A DNA stretch of 57,288 nucleotides from positions 1 to 57,288 of the IMG/VR virus record IMGVR_UViG_3300020404_002135. One strand, written 5' to 3'. Made by a program: the position numbers and the translations under genes. Origin of the DNA: a virus. Lineage: Duplodnaviria > Caudoviricetes. Shown one piece after another: positions 20,401 through 30,200 of the stretch. The notes under the pieces are model-generated. The model was not told where the DNA came from, ran no database searches, and saw only the letters and a list, made by a program, of their open reading frames with translations. Positions within the stretch are counted from its first letter, which is position 1. Each line of letters opens with the position of its first letter.

Positions 20401-21636
20401 CCTGCAGGAGTTGGTAGTGCAAGATCAGGATGTTTAGATATTGGTCCTGCTAATGAAGGTCCTAGTGGTAGATGGAGGTCTCCTTATATTAGAAACTGCA
20501 CAAACTTTATTACTAATAGTATTGGTATGAAGATTGATGGAGATCATGTAGGTTCAGCATTTACTGGAGCAGTAAATCCAGGACAAGATTTGAAATCTAT
20601 GGTTTGCGACTCATTTACTCAGTATAATGAAAATGGTATTGGTGTTTCGATTACTAATAACGCATACGCACAGTTAGTTTCTATATTCACTATCAATAGC
20701 GACATTGCTATATTCTGTAATACTGGTGGATCTTGTGATTTAACAAACTCAAACTCTTCCTTTGGTAACTTTGGATTAGTTGCTGATGGTGTTGGTAGAA
20801 TTGATTTTACTGGCATAACAACAGTAGCAACACTCGGAGGAGATTCTGATACAACAACCCTAACAGGAGTTGCAGATACTATAGGTAATTATAGAAGACC
20901 ATATAACGGACAAGCATTATACTTTAAAATAAATCTTGATGATTATGATGATACAACCGCTAGTGGTATTATTACTGCACCGTTGCGTTCTTTGAGAAAA
21001 ATTAATATATTAAATGGTGGTAGTGGATATAGTCAAGCAGCACCACCTGCAGTTACAATCTCATCACCTGGCGGACCTGAAGGAATTTCTGCTGAAGGTA
21101 GTGCGAATGTTAGTGTCGCAGGAACTATTACTTCAATTGATGTTACTAATGAAGGTAGAAACTACTTACCTAATGAAGAATTAGTAATCTCAATCGGTGG
21201 TGGTGGAGGAGGAATAGCAACTGCTGTAACAGAACCAATATACTTTACTGTTTCTGAAGCAACAGAACCTACACCAACAGTTGGTCTTACAACAGTAAGA
21301 CTTGATCAGTTTATACCTTACAGTGTTGGAGTTGGTGTAACTGCTGAAATGTTTAGAATCAGTAGAATATTAACCAGCTCACACTCCTTTGAATATGTCG
21401 GTACGGGTGTTAACATAAATAGAGCGAACCCCTTTCAGGGTGGAGTTCCTATTCCTGAAAACGAAGTTGTTGCTACTAATGGTGCTCAAATACCATTTAC
21501 AAGTACCGACCAAGCTGGTAACTTCAAAATTGGTGAAGGTATCACAATTGATCAAACAACTTCAACGATCAGAGGTAGAGATTTCAGTCGGGCAATCCAA
21601 GCAGAAGTTACACCATTAATACTAGCATTGAGATAA
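17428..21636 (+). CDS. large virion structural protein / beta-helix tail fibre
   Basis: Beta-repeat N-half; IIYVSKFGNDANSG, SPYIRNCT, LTNSNSSFGNFGLVADG, SHSFEYVGTG. Confidence 0.75.
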   Translation: MEEEQKDLTIIGKPTIQNEDAKFYKDVYVFGKLYYDFDGDDNQFGDLNVIGNALFNGISTFKGAVNFDQELEELQVGILTVTDVFRVGGADGNPEGASLIIKESDGRLGLGTLNPTRRLDVVGDMRLSANLYDSTNNPGVLGAFLTKDAQGVKWVEFEPSFSEGIFVYNEETLVGTSSFRGLNLITSGGGSLKELVEGSVNPNNPNIADIAIRTFWEKRPAGLVTNSYIGIGLTLPQNHLHVQGTSRFQGNIIVLGISSFFQRSEFTQGFNATGAGSTIDAELKVTGITTVDNDFSVTGDGKGLFENEINVEGPTQLDDTLFVGSASTLSGSLRVVGVSTLENRLDVGAGASITENLQVGTSATIFGTMEVGAAATFKDKLTVEKDTKLEQLLEVSGATTLQNTLVVANNTTLQNQLNVINDVDFDSAFNVDGDSTLEGTLKVGPDGTVITTTGIGSVGFGTNQPSRDIEINNKDVFFNQGAVYDSDNNVGFNSFTTAEDVRVPKSVFASVGVGTTGLIAPRFYDAAALLRQNADFIAAESVGFITSTEYLNPSFSLTTSNYRNCRDDIKSILYSVANDITKGGNSQSVGAGLSYYNGNTLLHITGTDDSGYSIKDATVTAVDYASKVAKYVINNAPYPRSYQIDAIDTEYAASSRLIELNKDFIATETVDRILATYPSHNITGGSQACVDDVKQVLDAIMYNLSFDGNDRVYDATRYYVDGRFVAGEETEVLYGYNQMLVVVNDVIRNNTVAKVSGTLNTFTQITTGSAVSRVAQVASVTSLVGIVTVGVGLTRLPDTRTDSYALFSAQVIDQTVLPDSARNSNHDPEGCANVYSAINTLVGITSTIIGIGTTGAPTITFPDSKVVWAPRGGDSKNIIYVSKFGNDANSGRTEGDAKLTIGGAAAVAQQGDTIYVRSGVYSENNPIGLRTDVSITGQDLRLVTIYPQNDDDIFYVRRGCLVENLNFAYSQDPLDNLAPIKITGGCVAFPPPAGVGSARSGCLDIGPANEGPSGRWRSPYIRNCTNFITNSIGMKIDGDHVGSAFTGAVNPGQDLKSMVCDSFTQYNENGIGVSITNNAYAQLVSIFTINSDIAIFCNTGGSCDLTNSNSSFGNFGLVADGVGRIDFTGITTVATLGGDSDTTTLTGVADTIGNYRRPYNGQALYFKINLDDYDDTTASGIITAPLRSLRKINILNGGSGYSQAAPPAVTISSPGGPEGISAEGSANVSVAGTITSIDVTNEGRNYLPNEELVISIGGGGGGIATAVTEPIYFTVSEATEPTPTVGLTTVRLDQFIPYSVGVGVTAEMFRISRILTSSHSFEYVGTGVNINRANPFQGGVPIPENEVVATNGAQIPFTSTDQAGNFKIGEGITIDQTTSTIRGRDFSRAIQAEVTPLILALR

Positions 21637-21637
21637 T

Positions 21638-23548
21638 ATGGCAGTCGCACCAGTAAATAAGTTTTTAACAGTTGCAGTTCCTGTAGCACCAGGTCCGCAG
21701 AAACTTTATGAGGTTCCTACGGGAGTTTCCTCAATTCTTTTGTTTGCTCAAGTATCAAATGTTGGTATTGGAGCATCATATCCTGCAGTAACATTCTGGC
21801 ATAGGAGAACTTCAAGAAGCACAGGTAATTTTAGAGATACTCGTGTTATAAGAGATATACAAGTCCCACCAAATGATGCAGTGGTTCTTATTGATGGTCG
21901 TTTGGTGTTAGAGAAAGATGCAATAAAAGTAGATGAAATATATGTTGATGCAAAACAAAGTGGTATAGTATCAGTTACGGGTGCAGTTTATGATGAACCA
22001 AGTGGTATCGTAACAGTTACAACTTTAACACCACATAATTTTCCTGTTGGGCAGGAAATAACTTTATCTGGATTAGAATTCAAATGTCCTAGTGGTACAG
22101 GTATTACTACTACATTTTTCCCAGATCCACAACAATCATACGTTGTTGATACGATTGTTAATGATGTAGGTATATCAAAAACATTTTCTGCTATAATCGG
22201 TGGTGCTGTGGGATATCAACACACTTATGTTGGTAACTCTGTTCATACATTTGTTAGTGCAGCAACCAGTTCAATAATAGCTGGTGGTGCGTATGATCAT
22301 AAGTTTGTACGTGCAACAGCTGGTGCAGTCATACAGGGTGGCGACTATAACCACACATTTGTAAGTGCAAAAACAGGAGCAGTAAAAGTTACTGGTGGTG
22401 GTAATGTAACTCCTACAGGAGCTACCTATGATGGAGCGACAGGATTGCTAGTAATTACAGCAAATTCTCATGGATTGACTGATGCAAATACAGTCGGAAT
22501 TATTACTGATGGTATTACTTTTAAATGTTCAATGGATGGAAATGCAACAGATCATGCATATCCAAGAAGGAGCGATCCAAATTATAATGCATTTAATTTA
22601 GGGATCACAACATTTACAACTAATACATTTACTGTTAACGTAGGAATATCAAGTATCGTTAATTATAATGTTTCAAATGCATCTTATACACCAACAACAG
22701 GACAGTTAACTCTTAATATAGGTAATCATAGTTTGAAGAGTGGAGTAACTACGACTGTGCAAGGTGCAGAATACAGTCCTATTACAGGAATTATGACTGT
22801 TACCATTGCTAATCATGAATACTCTGCAGGAGAAAGAATCAAATTTGATACAGAGTCTTTAAGATTTAGTTGCACTACTGGTCCTGATATAAAAGCATAT
22901 CCTAGAGTTAATGATTATGCAAATAATAGATGGTTGCCAATATCTAATGTAACTGCTAATACTTTTGAAGTTCAGGTATTAGGACCTGATGGGTATCCCT
23001 CTACAAGCACAGGTATCCATACATTTATCAATGCTGTTGGGGATATGAAGAAAGGTGGAGAATCAATTAAGATTGCTACAAATTCTTTGACATTTACTTG
23101 TGATATGGATAATCATGGATCAGAACATTCTTACCCAAGAACAACAGATCCATATTATGATACTTCAATTCCTATAGTATCCACAACATCAGATACTATA
23201 ACAGTCAATGTTGGTATTTCAAGTCTTGTATATCATACACCAACAGATGCTACATATAATCCTGCAAATGGAGATTTAGTAGTAACTATTGGATTTCATA
23301 AATTGATGGTTGGAAAAAATGTTAAGATAGCAACTGGATCTCTAGGATTTACTTGCGATAAAGATGATAATACAGTAACTAAGTACTATCCAAGAGAAGA
23401 TAAAGATCCAGCTTATAATACTTCTGTTGCTGTTGGTGCTACAACATTAAATACAGTAACTCTTCAAATCGGTGCTCAGGCTGGTGGATTAGTTGCACCA
23501 TTACAAATGGAATTTCTTGCAAGTATCCTAGAGAACAGTACAACATAA
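21638..23548 (+). CDS. virion structural protein with internal repeats
   Basis: Four FxC..D...YPR..D(P) repeats, HTFV and YxxxTG motifs. Confidence 0.7.
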   Translation: MAVAPVNKFLTVAVPVAPGPQKLYEVPTGVSSILLFAQVSNVGIGASYPAVTFWHRRTSRSTGNFRDTRVIRDIQVPPNDAVVLIDGRLVLEKDAIKVDEIYVDAKQSGIVSVTGAVYDEPSGIVTVTTLTPHNFPVGQEITLSGLEFKCPSGTGITTTFFPDPQQSYVVDTIVNDVGISKTFSAIIGGAVGYQHTYVGNSVHTFVSAATSSIIAGGAYDHKFVRATAGAVIQGGDYNHTFVSAKTGAVKVTGGGNVTPTGATYDGATGLLVITANSHGLTDANTVGIITDGITFKCSMDGNATDHAYPRRSDPNYNAFNLGITTFTTNTFTVNVGISSIVNYNVSNASYTPTTGQLTLNIGNHSLKSGVTTTVQGAEYSPITGIMTVTIANHEYSAGERIKFDTESLRFSCTTGPDIKAYPRVNDYANNRWLPISNVTANTFEVQVLGPDGYPSTSTGIHTFINAVGDMKKGGESIKIATNSLTFTCDMDNHGSEHSYPRTTDPYYDTSIPIVSTTSDTITVNVGISSLVYHTPTDATYNPANGDLVVTIGFHKLMVGKNVKIATGSLGFTCDKDDNTVTKYYPREDKDPAYNTSVAVGATTLNTVTLQIGAQAGGLVAPLQMEFLASILENSTT

Positions 23549-23549
23549 T

Positions 23550-26189
23550 ATGGGAAATAAGGAAAGGTTTTTAAGTGGTAAAAGAAAACTTACACCATTA
23601 ACTGGTTTAAGCACTGATCGTCATGTTTACCTTTCACCTGAAGAGACAGAACCTAATTTAGGTTTTGTTGGAGAGAAAAATCTTCCTTTAAGAGATGAAT
23701 ATTATCAATTAGTAACCATTGAAGATGGTGGACAGTTTGATCGTTACTGGCAAGTTGCACCTTCTGGTATTTTAACAACTGGTATATCCATATTTGATGA
23801 AAGTGGATTAGTTGGTACTGGTAATAGTATTAACAAACTTAATTTTGTTGGTAATATTGTAAATGTAACTGCGAATAATTTTGGATCTATATCTACGATT
23901 ACCATATCTCCACCAGGTAGCGATAGTCAAATTATATTCAATGATGATGGTAGTTTTGCAGGAACTCCATATCTCTTAGTTAATAATTCAGGAATAGTAA
24001 CTGCAACAGATGTTTTTCAAATTGGTGTTGGTGGGACAATATTATCTTCTAAGACTAATGGAAATATTGGTATCGGAAGTGCTGTACCAAAGTATGATTT
24101 AGATATTGTAGGAAATGTAAAAATTAGTGGAACTATAGTTGATGCTGCAGACGGGACAGGAAGCACGGGAGAACTTCTGGTTAAAACTGCTACAGGTGGA
24201 ATGCAATGGCAAACTGCAAATGCAGTTACTTCTGGTGCAGGTGGAACGATATCTCAAATACAATATCATAGTGCTTCAGGAACTGTTGGTGGTGCTGATG
24301 TTTTTTGGTATGATTACACAAATAATAGAATAGGAATAGGAACTCAGTTCCCAGAAGTTATATTTGAAGTTGTTGGTAATTCAAAATTTTCTGAAACTAC
24401 TGAAACAAAAAATTTAACAGTAACAGGTGTTTCAAGTTTCATAGGAGTATCGACTTTTACTACGGGAGTTGTAATTGGTAGTGGTGTTTCTACATCTGAT
24501 CTAACTGTAGATGGAGGATCATTTGTTTCTGGTATGTCTACTGCAACCATTTTTGATGGTAAGGTAACTAAAAAAGCAATAACAGAACAAGTTCAAACTA
24601 CAAGTGCTGATGGACAGAATGATTTACTACTAATATATGATGCTGATCAAGATACAACCAGATCAATAAGTATTGAAGATGCTACTTTCCAAGGTCTTCA
24701 GGGTATTCAAGGAAGTCAAGGTTTACAAGGACTTCAAGGTACACAAGCTGCACAGGGAACAACTGGTCAACAAGGTATAAGAGGTGCACAGGGAATACAA
24801 GGACTGCAGGGTATAGGTGCTGCAGGTGTTCAGGGTGTTCAGGGTCGCCAAGGTATTCAGGGCATTCAAGGTGTTCAGGGAACACAAGGTAGACAAGGAA
24901 ATCAAGGTAGACAGGGAACACAAGGTCGTCAAGGGACAAAGGGAGATCAAGGTATTCAAGGTATCTCTGGTGCACAGGGAAACCAAGCATCTCAAGGTAT
25001 TCAGGGTATTCAAGGTATTCAGGGTAGACAAGGTGCTCAAGGTATTCAAGGTAGGCAAGGTTATCAAGGTATTCAGGGTGTTCAGGGTATTCAGGGTAAT
25101 CAAGGTCTTCAGGGTATTCAAGGTACAACTGGTGCACAAGGTGACCAAGGTATACAGGGTATCCAAGGAATTCAAGGAGCTGGTGCTCAAGGTATTCAGG
25201 GTGTTCAGGGTGGAGAAGGTCCACAAGGACAACAAGGTGTTCAAGGTAGGCAAGGGATTCAGGGTATTCAAGGATTTCAGGGTATTCAGGGTATTCAGGG
25301 AGAGCAAGGTATTCAGGGTATTCAGGGTCTTCAAGGTAATAATGGTGCCGATGGTGCTCAAGGTATCCAAGGTCTTCAAGGTATTCAGGGTAATCAAGGA
25401 ATACAGGGAGATAACGGTGTAGGTTCTCAAGGTATTCAAGGTATTCAGGGTATCTTAGGTATTCAAGGTCCAGATGGTACTCAAGGTGTTCAGGGTATTC
25501 AGGGTATACAAGGTATACAAGGAATCTTAGGTGTTCAAGGAAATACTGGTGACGGCAATCAAGGTATTCAGGGTATCATAGGATCTCAAGGTATTCAGGG
25601 TCTTCAGGGTAATCAAGGTATCAGTGGTGTTGTTGGTGGACAGGGTATTCAAGGTATTCAGGGTATTCAGGGTATTCAAGGAACTGGTGCTGTTGGTGGT
25701 GTAGTTACAGGAAGTATTGTATGGTATGCAGGAGATAAGGGAGGTAGTAGTTATCCATCTCCTCCTTCTGGATTCTTATACTGTGATGGTTCTTCATATG
25801 GTAATGTAAGCAACTTCCCTGCTTCTGGACAGTATCAAGATTTATTCAATGCGATTGGTTATCAATATGGAGGATCTGGACAAAACTTTAATGTCCCTGA
25901 TCTTCGAGGAGAATTTATTAGAGGATATGATGATAGTAGAGGTGTAGATAGTGGTAGAGCGTTTGCTTCATCACAACAACATCAGTTCCAAACTCATACT
26001 CATGATATACCCATTCATGCTCGTGGAAATGCTGATTGGAGTGGTGGTGTAAATGATAGACCAGCTGCTGATGATGCTAGTTTTATTAGAAACGTTGAGG
26101 GTGGTCTTCCAAACGCTTCAAATGGAGGAAACAATGGTTCTGAAACCAGACCAAGAAATATTAACTTCCTGCCTATTATAAAAACATAA
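23550..26189 (+). CDS. collagen-like tail fibre with C-terminal tail-collar domain
   Basis: Long (G-X-Q)n tract; GFLYCDGS, LFNAIGYQYGG, FNVPDLRGEFIRGYDDSRGVDSGR, ETRPRN. Confidence 0.88.
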   Translation: MGNKERFLSGKRKLTPLTGLSTDRHVYLSPEETEPNLGFVGEKNLPLRDEYYQLVTIEDGGQFDRYWQVAPSGILTTGISIFDESGLVGTGNSINKLNFVGNIVNVTANNFGSISTITISPPGSDSQIIFNDDGSFAGTPYLLVNNSGIVTATDVFQIGVGGTILSSKTNGNIGIGSAVPKYDLDIVGNVKISGTIVDAADGTGSTGELLVKTATGGMQWQTANAVTSGAGGTISQIQYHSASGTVGGADVFWYDYTNNRIGIGTQFPEVIFEVVGNSKFSETTETKNLTVTGVSSFIGVSTFTTGVVIGSGVSTSDLTVDGGSFVSGMSTATIFDGKVTKKAITEQVQTTSADGQNDLLLIYDADQDTTRSISIEDATFQGLQGIQGSQGLQGLQGTQAAQGTTGQQGIRGAQGIQGLQGIGAAGVQGVQGRQGIQGIQGVQGTQGRQGNQGRQGTQGRQGTKGDQGIQGISGAQGNQASQGIQGIQGIQGRQGAQGIQGRQGYQGIQGVQGIQGNQGLQGIQGTTGAQGDQGIQGIQGIQGAGAQGIQGVQGGEGPQGQQGVQGRQGIQGIQGFQGIQGIQGEQGIQGIQGLQGNNGADGAQGIQGLQGIQGNQGIQGDNGVGSQGIQGIQGILGIQGPDGTQGVQGIQGIQGIQGILGVQGNTGDGNQGIQGIIGSQGIQGLQGNQGISGVVGGQGIQGIQGIQGIQGTGAVGGVVTGSIVWYAGDKGGSSYPSPPSGFLYCDGSSYGNVSNFPASGQYQDLFNAIGYQYGGSGQNFNVPDLRGEFIRGYDDSRGVDSGRAFASSQQHQFQTHTHDIPIHARGNADWSGGVNDRPAADDASFIRNVEGGLPNASNGGNNGSETRPRNINFLPIIKT
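24690..25683 (+). repeat. 9-bp CARGGTATT-type tandem repeats (Gln-Gly-Ile collagen-like triplets)
   Basis: caaggtatt/cagggtatt units repeated over about 1 kb with short interruptions. Confidence 0.92.
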
Positions 26190-26228
26190 ATAGGTGTAAC
26201 TCAACTTAGATAATTGTTATAAAAGGAT

Positions 26229-26771
26229 ATGGCAACTGTAATTTGCAAAACTTATGATGGTGTAGAACGCACTATTACTGTAGAAGCTGAAAATACCTGC
26301 CCACTGTATAGTTATGGTGAGACTCATAAGGAATATACTGGAGTATTTGAAAAACCATCCGCTCCTGATAATCCTAATTATTATAATGCACCCGCAAATT
26401 CAACTCCAATTGCTCCACCTGAAGCAGTGGAGGGAAAAGTTAGAGTTTTTGATGAAGGTGCCCAAACTTGGAGTCAAATTGATAATCTGCGTGGAATTTA
26501 CTATTCTGTTCTTGATGCTACATGTGGATCAGCTGTTGTTGTATCAAGTCCATGGGGACCAGTTCCTACAGGAGTAACCACATTTTCTCCACCTGTAGTA
26601 TTACGTCAAACTGCTCTATCATGGGATACAGCAGCTGGTGGTGCTGACGCAGGAATAGGAATTACTAACGCATGGAGTTTAGTTTCAACTGCAGCTACTT
26701 TAACTGCATCACAAAAACTTGAAAAAGTTGGTCTTTCAACTGAAGAACTAAAAGAACTTTTAGGTTTATAA
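26229..26771 (+). CDS. putative tail-fibre assembly protein
   Basis: PANSTPIAPP, VFDEGAQTWSQIDNLRG resemble Tfa-family proteins; follows the fibre gene; ATAAATA at 26186-26192. Confidence 0.6.
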   Translation: MATVICKTYDGVERTITVEAENTCPLYSYGETHKEYTGVFEKPSAPDNPNYYNAPANSTPIAPPEAVEGKVRVFDEGAQTWSQIDNLRGIYYSVLDATCGSAVVVSSPWGPVPTGVTTFSPPVVLRQTALSWDTAAGGADAGIGITNAWSLVSTAATLTASQKLEKVGLSTEELKELLGL

Positions 26772-26776
26772 TACTC

Positions 26777-26805
26777 TTGACATAATGCTCCCAGTGATAT
26801 ATACT
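26777..26805 (+). promoter_or_regulatory. sigma70-like promoter
   Basis: TTGACA(26777-26782), 17 bp, TATACT(26800-26805). Confidence 0.8.
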
Positions 26806-26827
26806 GATAGTACTTTACAAGTTGTTG

Positions 26828-27031
26828 ATGAACAGTCCAACTGATGACAACGAACTCGTTGATCGTGTAATCATAGATCTATGTGCTAAGTCTTTTAAAT
26901 TACTTGGCAACGGATGTGATGAAAATCTAATACAATGTGAAACCACCGATGAATTCATGGGTGTATTAAAAGTCTGTAAGGAATACATAGTTCCAAGCAG
27001 AATTGAATATGCAGATCTATCATTAAAATAA
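26828..27031 (+). CDS. small hypothetical protein
   Basis: VDRVIIDLCAKSFKL...CETTDEFMGVL; start set at ATG 26828. Confidence 0.7.
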   Translation: MNSPTDDNELVDRVIIDLCAKSFKLLGNGCDENLIQCETTDEFMGVLKVCKEYIVPSRIEYADLSLK

Positions 27032-27035
27032 TCAA

Positions 27036-27212
27036 ATGCAAATTATAACCTCTGAAGAATTTGAGAATCCTCAAACAAAGTATGAAATGATCAGTAGGGC
27101 AAAAGATGGTGAACTTATTGGAATTTTAGATGCTGATGGAAAAGCATCTGTATTGAAACAAGCCGAAACCGAAGAGGAGTGGTTTGAAATGCAAACACAT
27201 TCAGACCTTTAA
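27036..27212 (+). CDS. small hypothetical protein (58 aa), weakly Phd/YefM-like
   Basis: Manual ORF MQIITSEEFENPQTKYEMISRAKDGELIGILDADGKASVLKQ... Confidence 0.6.
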   Translation: MQIITSEEFENPQTKYEMISRAKDGELIGILDADGKASVLKQAETEEEWFEMQTHSDL

Positions 27213-27296
27213 TAGTGGTTTTGTACTACATCATGAAAGTAGGGTAACTTCTACTACCATAAATAAAACATAGAAATCTCATGGTCGTGTACGACA

Positions 27297-30200
27297 ATGC
27301 CACTTAATAAATTAGATAATTTTATCAAGAACACAGACGGAAGGACACTTTATGTCAATCCGAATGATCTTGAAGCCACCGATAGTATAGAAAACCAAGG
27401 AAATTCTCTTGCTAAACCTTTTAAAACGATTCAAAGGGCATTAATAGAGTCTGCCAGATTTTCATATCTTAAGGGAAACAATAACGATAAAATCGAACAA
27501 ACTACAATTTTGCTTTTTCCAGGCGAGCACGTTGTAGATAATAGACCTGGTTTTGCTATCTTTAATGATGCAAGTTTAGGTGTAAGAGTTACCTCTCCAT
27601 CTGGTACAAACTCTCCACCTTCTGAAGAAATTGCTTTAAATTTAGATTCAAATTTTGATTTGAATCAAGTAGATAATCAATTATATAAGTTTAATAGTGT
27701 AAATGGTGGTGTAATTGTTCCTCGTGGTACATCACTTGTTGGATTAGATTTAAGAAAGACAAAGATAAGACCAAAATATGTACCTAACCCAACTGATAGT
27801 AATGCTCCAGGAAGTGCCATATTCAGAATCACTGGTACATCATATTTCTGGCAGTTTTCAATATTTGATGGAAATGAATTAGGTACTGTATATACAGACC
27901 CAGTTGATTTCTCAACAACTAATCGTTCAAAACCAAGTTTCTCTCACCATAAATTAACTTGTTTTGAATATGCTGATGGTGTTAACAAGGTATCTGGTTA
28001 TGATTTAACTGACCTTGATATGTTCTATAGTAAACTATCAAACGCATTCAGTTCTATAAGAAATATACCAGAAAAATATCCTGATGATCCAGATGCTTTC
28101 GCGAAGCAAAGACCAGAGTGGGAAATTGTAGGTGCATTTGCTGCGGATCCATTATCAATTGCAAGAATTGAATCTGGTAGTGGTGGAACAGCAGGACCAG
28201 TTATAACAGTTACTACTGTATTGGATCATGGATTTAATGAAGGCACTCCAATTAAGATTGATGGTGTTGGAGTTCCAGACAACGTAAACGATTATAATAT
28301 ATCCACAAAAGTACAAAGTATAGTTAATAGTAAAACTTTTACATATCTTTTACCTTATGTTCAACCAAACTTACTAACTGTACCTGATGTTAGTGGTGCA
28401 GTAGTGACAATTGAAACTGATACAGTTTCTGGTGCTTCTCCTTACATATTCAACATATCATTGAGATCTGTATTTGGTATGCAGGGTATGCATGCGGATG
28501 GATCAAAAGCATCTGGTTTCCGTTCAATGGTTGTTGCCCAGTTTACTGGTATATCTTTACAAAAAGATGATCGTGCATTTGTAAAATATAATCCTGCCAC
28601 AAGAGCTTATGAAGGTAGATCTATAAGTAAAAAGACAGGAGCAGAATTATCTTCTGGATCATCTTCATTAGATAAGGCAAAAGTATATCATTTAGATTCT
28701 GACGCAGTTTACAGACAAGGATTTGATACTACACATATCAAGATCAGTAATGATTCTGTTATGCAAATTGTGTCTGTATTTGCGATTGGATTCAATAAGC
28801 ATTTTGAAACCTTAAGTGGTGGAGATGCTTCTATTACTAACTCTAACTCTAACTTTGGACAGTTCTCTCTTGCTTCAGATGGATTTAGAAAAGCTGCGTT
28901 TGATAAAGATAATAGATCTTACATAACATCTATTATTACACCAAGATCAATTAATGAATCAGAAACAAATGTTGATTGGCAATCATTAGATGTTGGTCTT
29001 ACAACAGCAGTTGGTATCTCTAGTCAATTATATCTCTTTGGATTTAATAACTTTGACGATGCTCCTCCAGTATTAACACAAGGTTATAGAGTAGGTGCGA
29101 AAAGAGATGACACCCTTTCTGTTAATTTAGGTGCAGGTATTGGTACATTTACCTCTGACATCTGCATGGTAGATAATATTGTCAGTAGTGGAACAACTTC
29201 TCTTGGAATTAATGTAGCATATAAAGAGTTCCCTGTAATATCGGGACCTGTAGAAAATATATTCAATATCGGTACACACAATATTTTAACTGGAGAAAGT
29301 GTTGTTATTCAGAGTAGCGATGGAGATCTTCCAGAAAATATAGTTGCTAATAGACTTTATTATGCAATTAGAGAAAGTTCTACTACAATTAAATTAGCAT
29401 CATCTAAGGCAGCTGCCGATAGCGATTCAGCAGTCTCAATATTTGGTGGAAGTAATTTAAAGATAATCAGTAGAGTTTCTGACAAGAGTGCAGGAGATGT
29501 TGGACATCCAGTTCAGTTTGACTCTAACGTTGGTAACTGGTATATTCATACCACACATCCAAATGATATTTACAGTGCATTAAATACAAACGGAGTTTCT
29601 CTTCTTACTCAAACAACTGATAATAGTTTCATAGTAAGAACTGATGATTCTAGAAGTTTAGATGAAAAATTATACAAAGTTAGAATAGTTGTTCCAAAAG
29701 ACGCTGAAAATGCTAAAGAACCTGCTGAAACTTTTATTATTCAAGAATCAAGTTCTACTGGATTTAGAAATGATGCAGATCCAACAAGGGTAAGTATTGG
29801 TGCTACAGACCATGACTTTGATAGAAATCCAAGATTCATTAGTACATGTATCGCAGGAAGTGCAGGTGTTGTAACTGTAACTTCAGAAGTACCACATGAT
29901 TTAAGCACAGGTAATTTAGTTAACGTTGTAAACGTAAGAAGCACAAACAATACTGGGGGTGCATCTAATTTAGGATACAACGGAAGATTTGCAGTAACAG
30001 GTATTGTAAATGATCATACATTTACATATTCAACTACCGACGTTGATAATATTATCCACACACCAGGTGTATTTACTAGCGATACTTCAGTAAGAAATTT
30101 AGATCTACCAAGATTTGAGAAAAATGATTCTAAGAGAAATTATTATGTATATCGTTCTGAAGTAATTGCAGATTACATCAAGGATGTACAGGATGGTGTT

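Noticed and set aside
24682-25439. Alternative-frame and antisense ORFs of 180-238 aa over the collagen tract
   Set aside because: By-products of the stop-poor 9-bp repeat; no SD or independent coding signal.
24690-25683. Repeat array as a CRISPR array or DGR template
   Set aside because: No unique spacers, the repeats are in-frame coding triplets, and no reverse transcriptase or cas operon is present.
27213-27296. Possible tRNA in the intergenic gap
   Set aside because: No cloverleaf or TTC T-loop; only two short hairpins.
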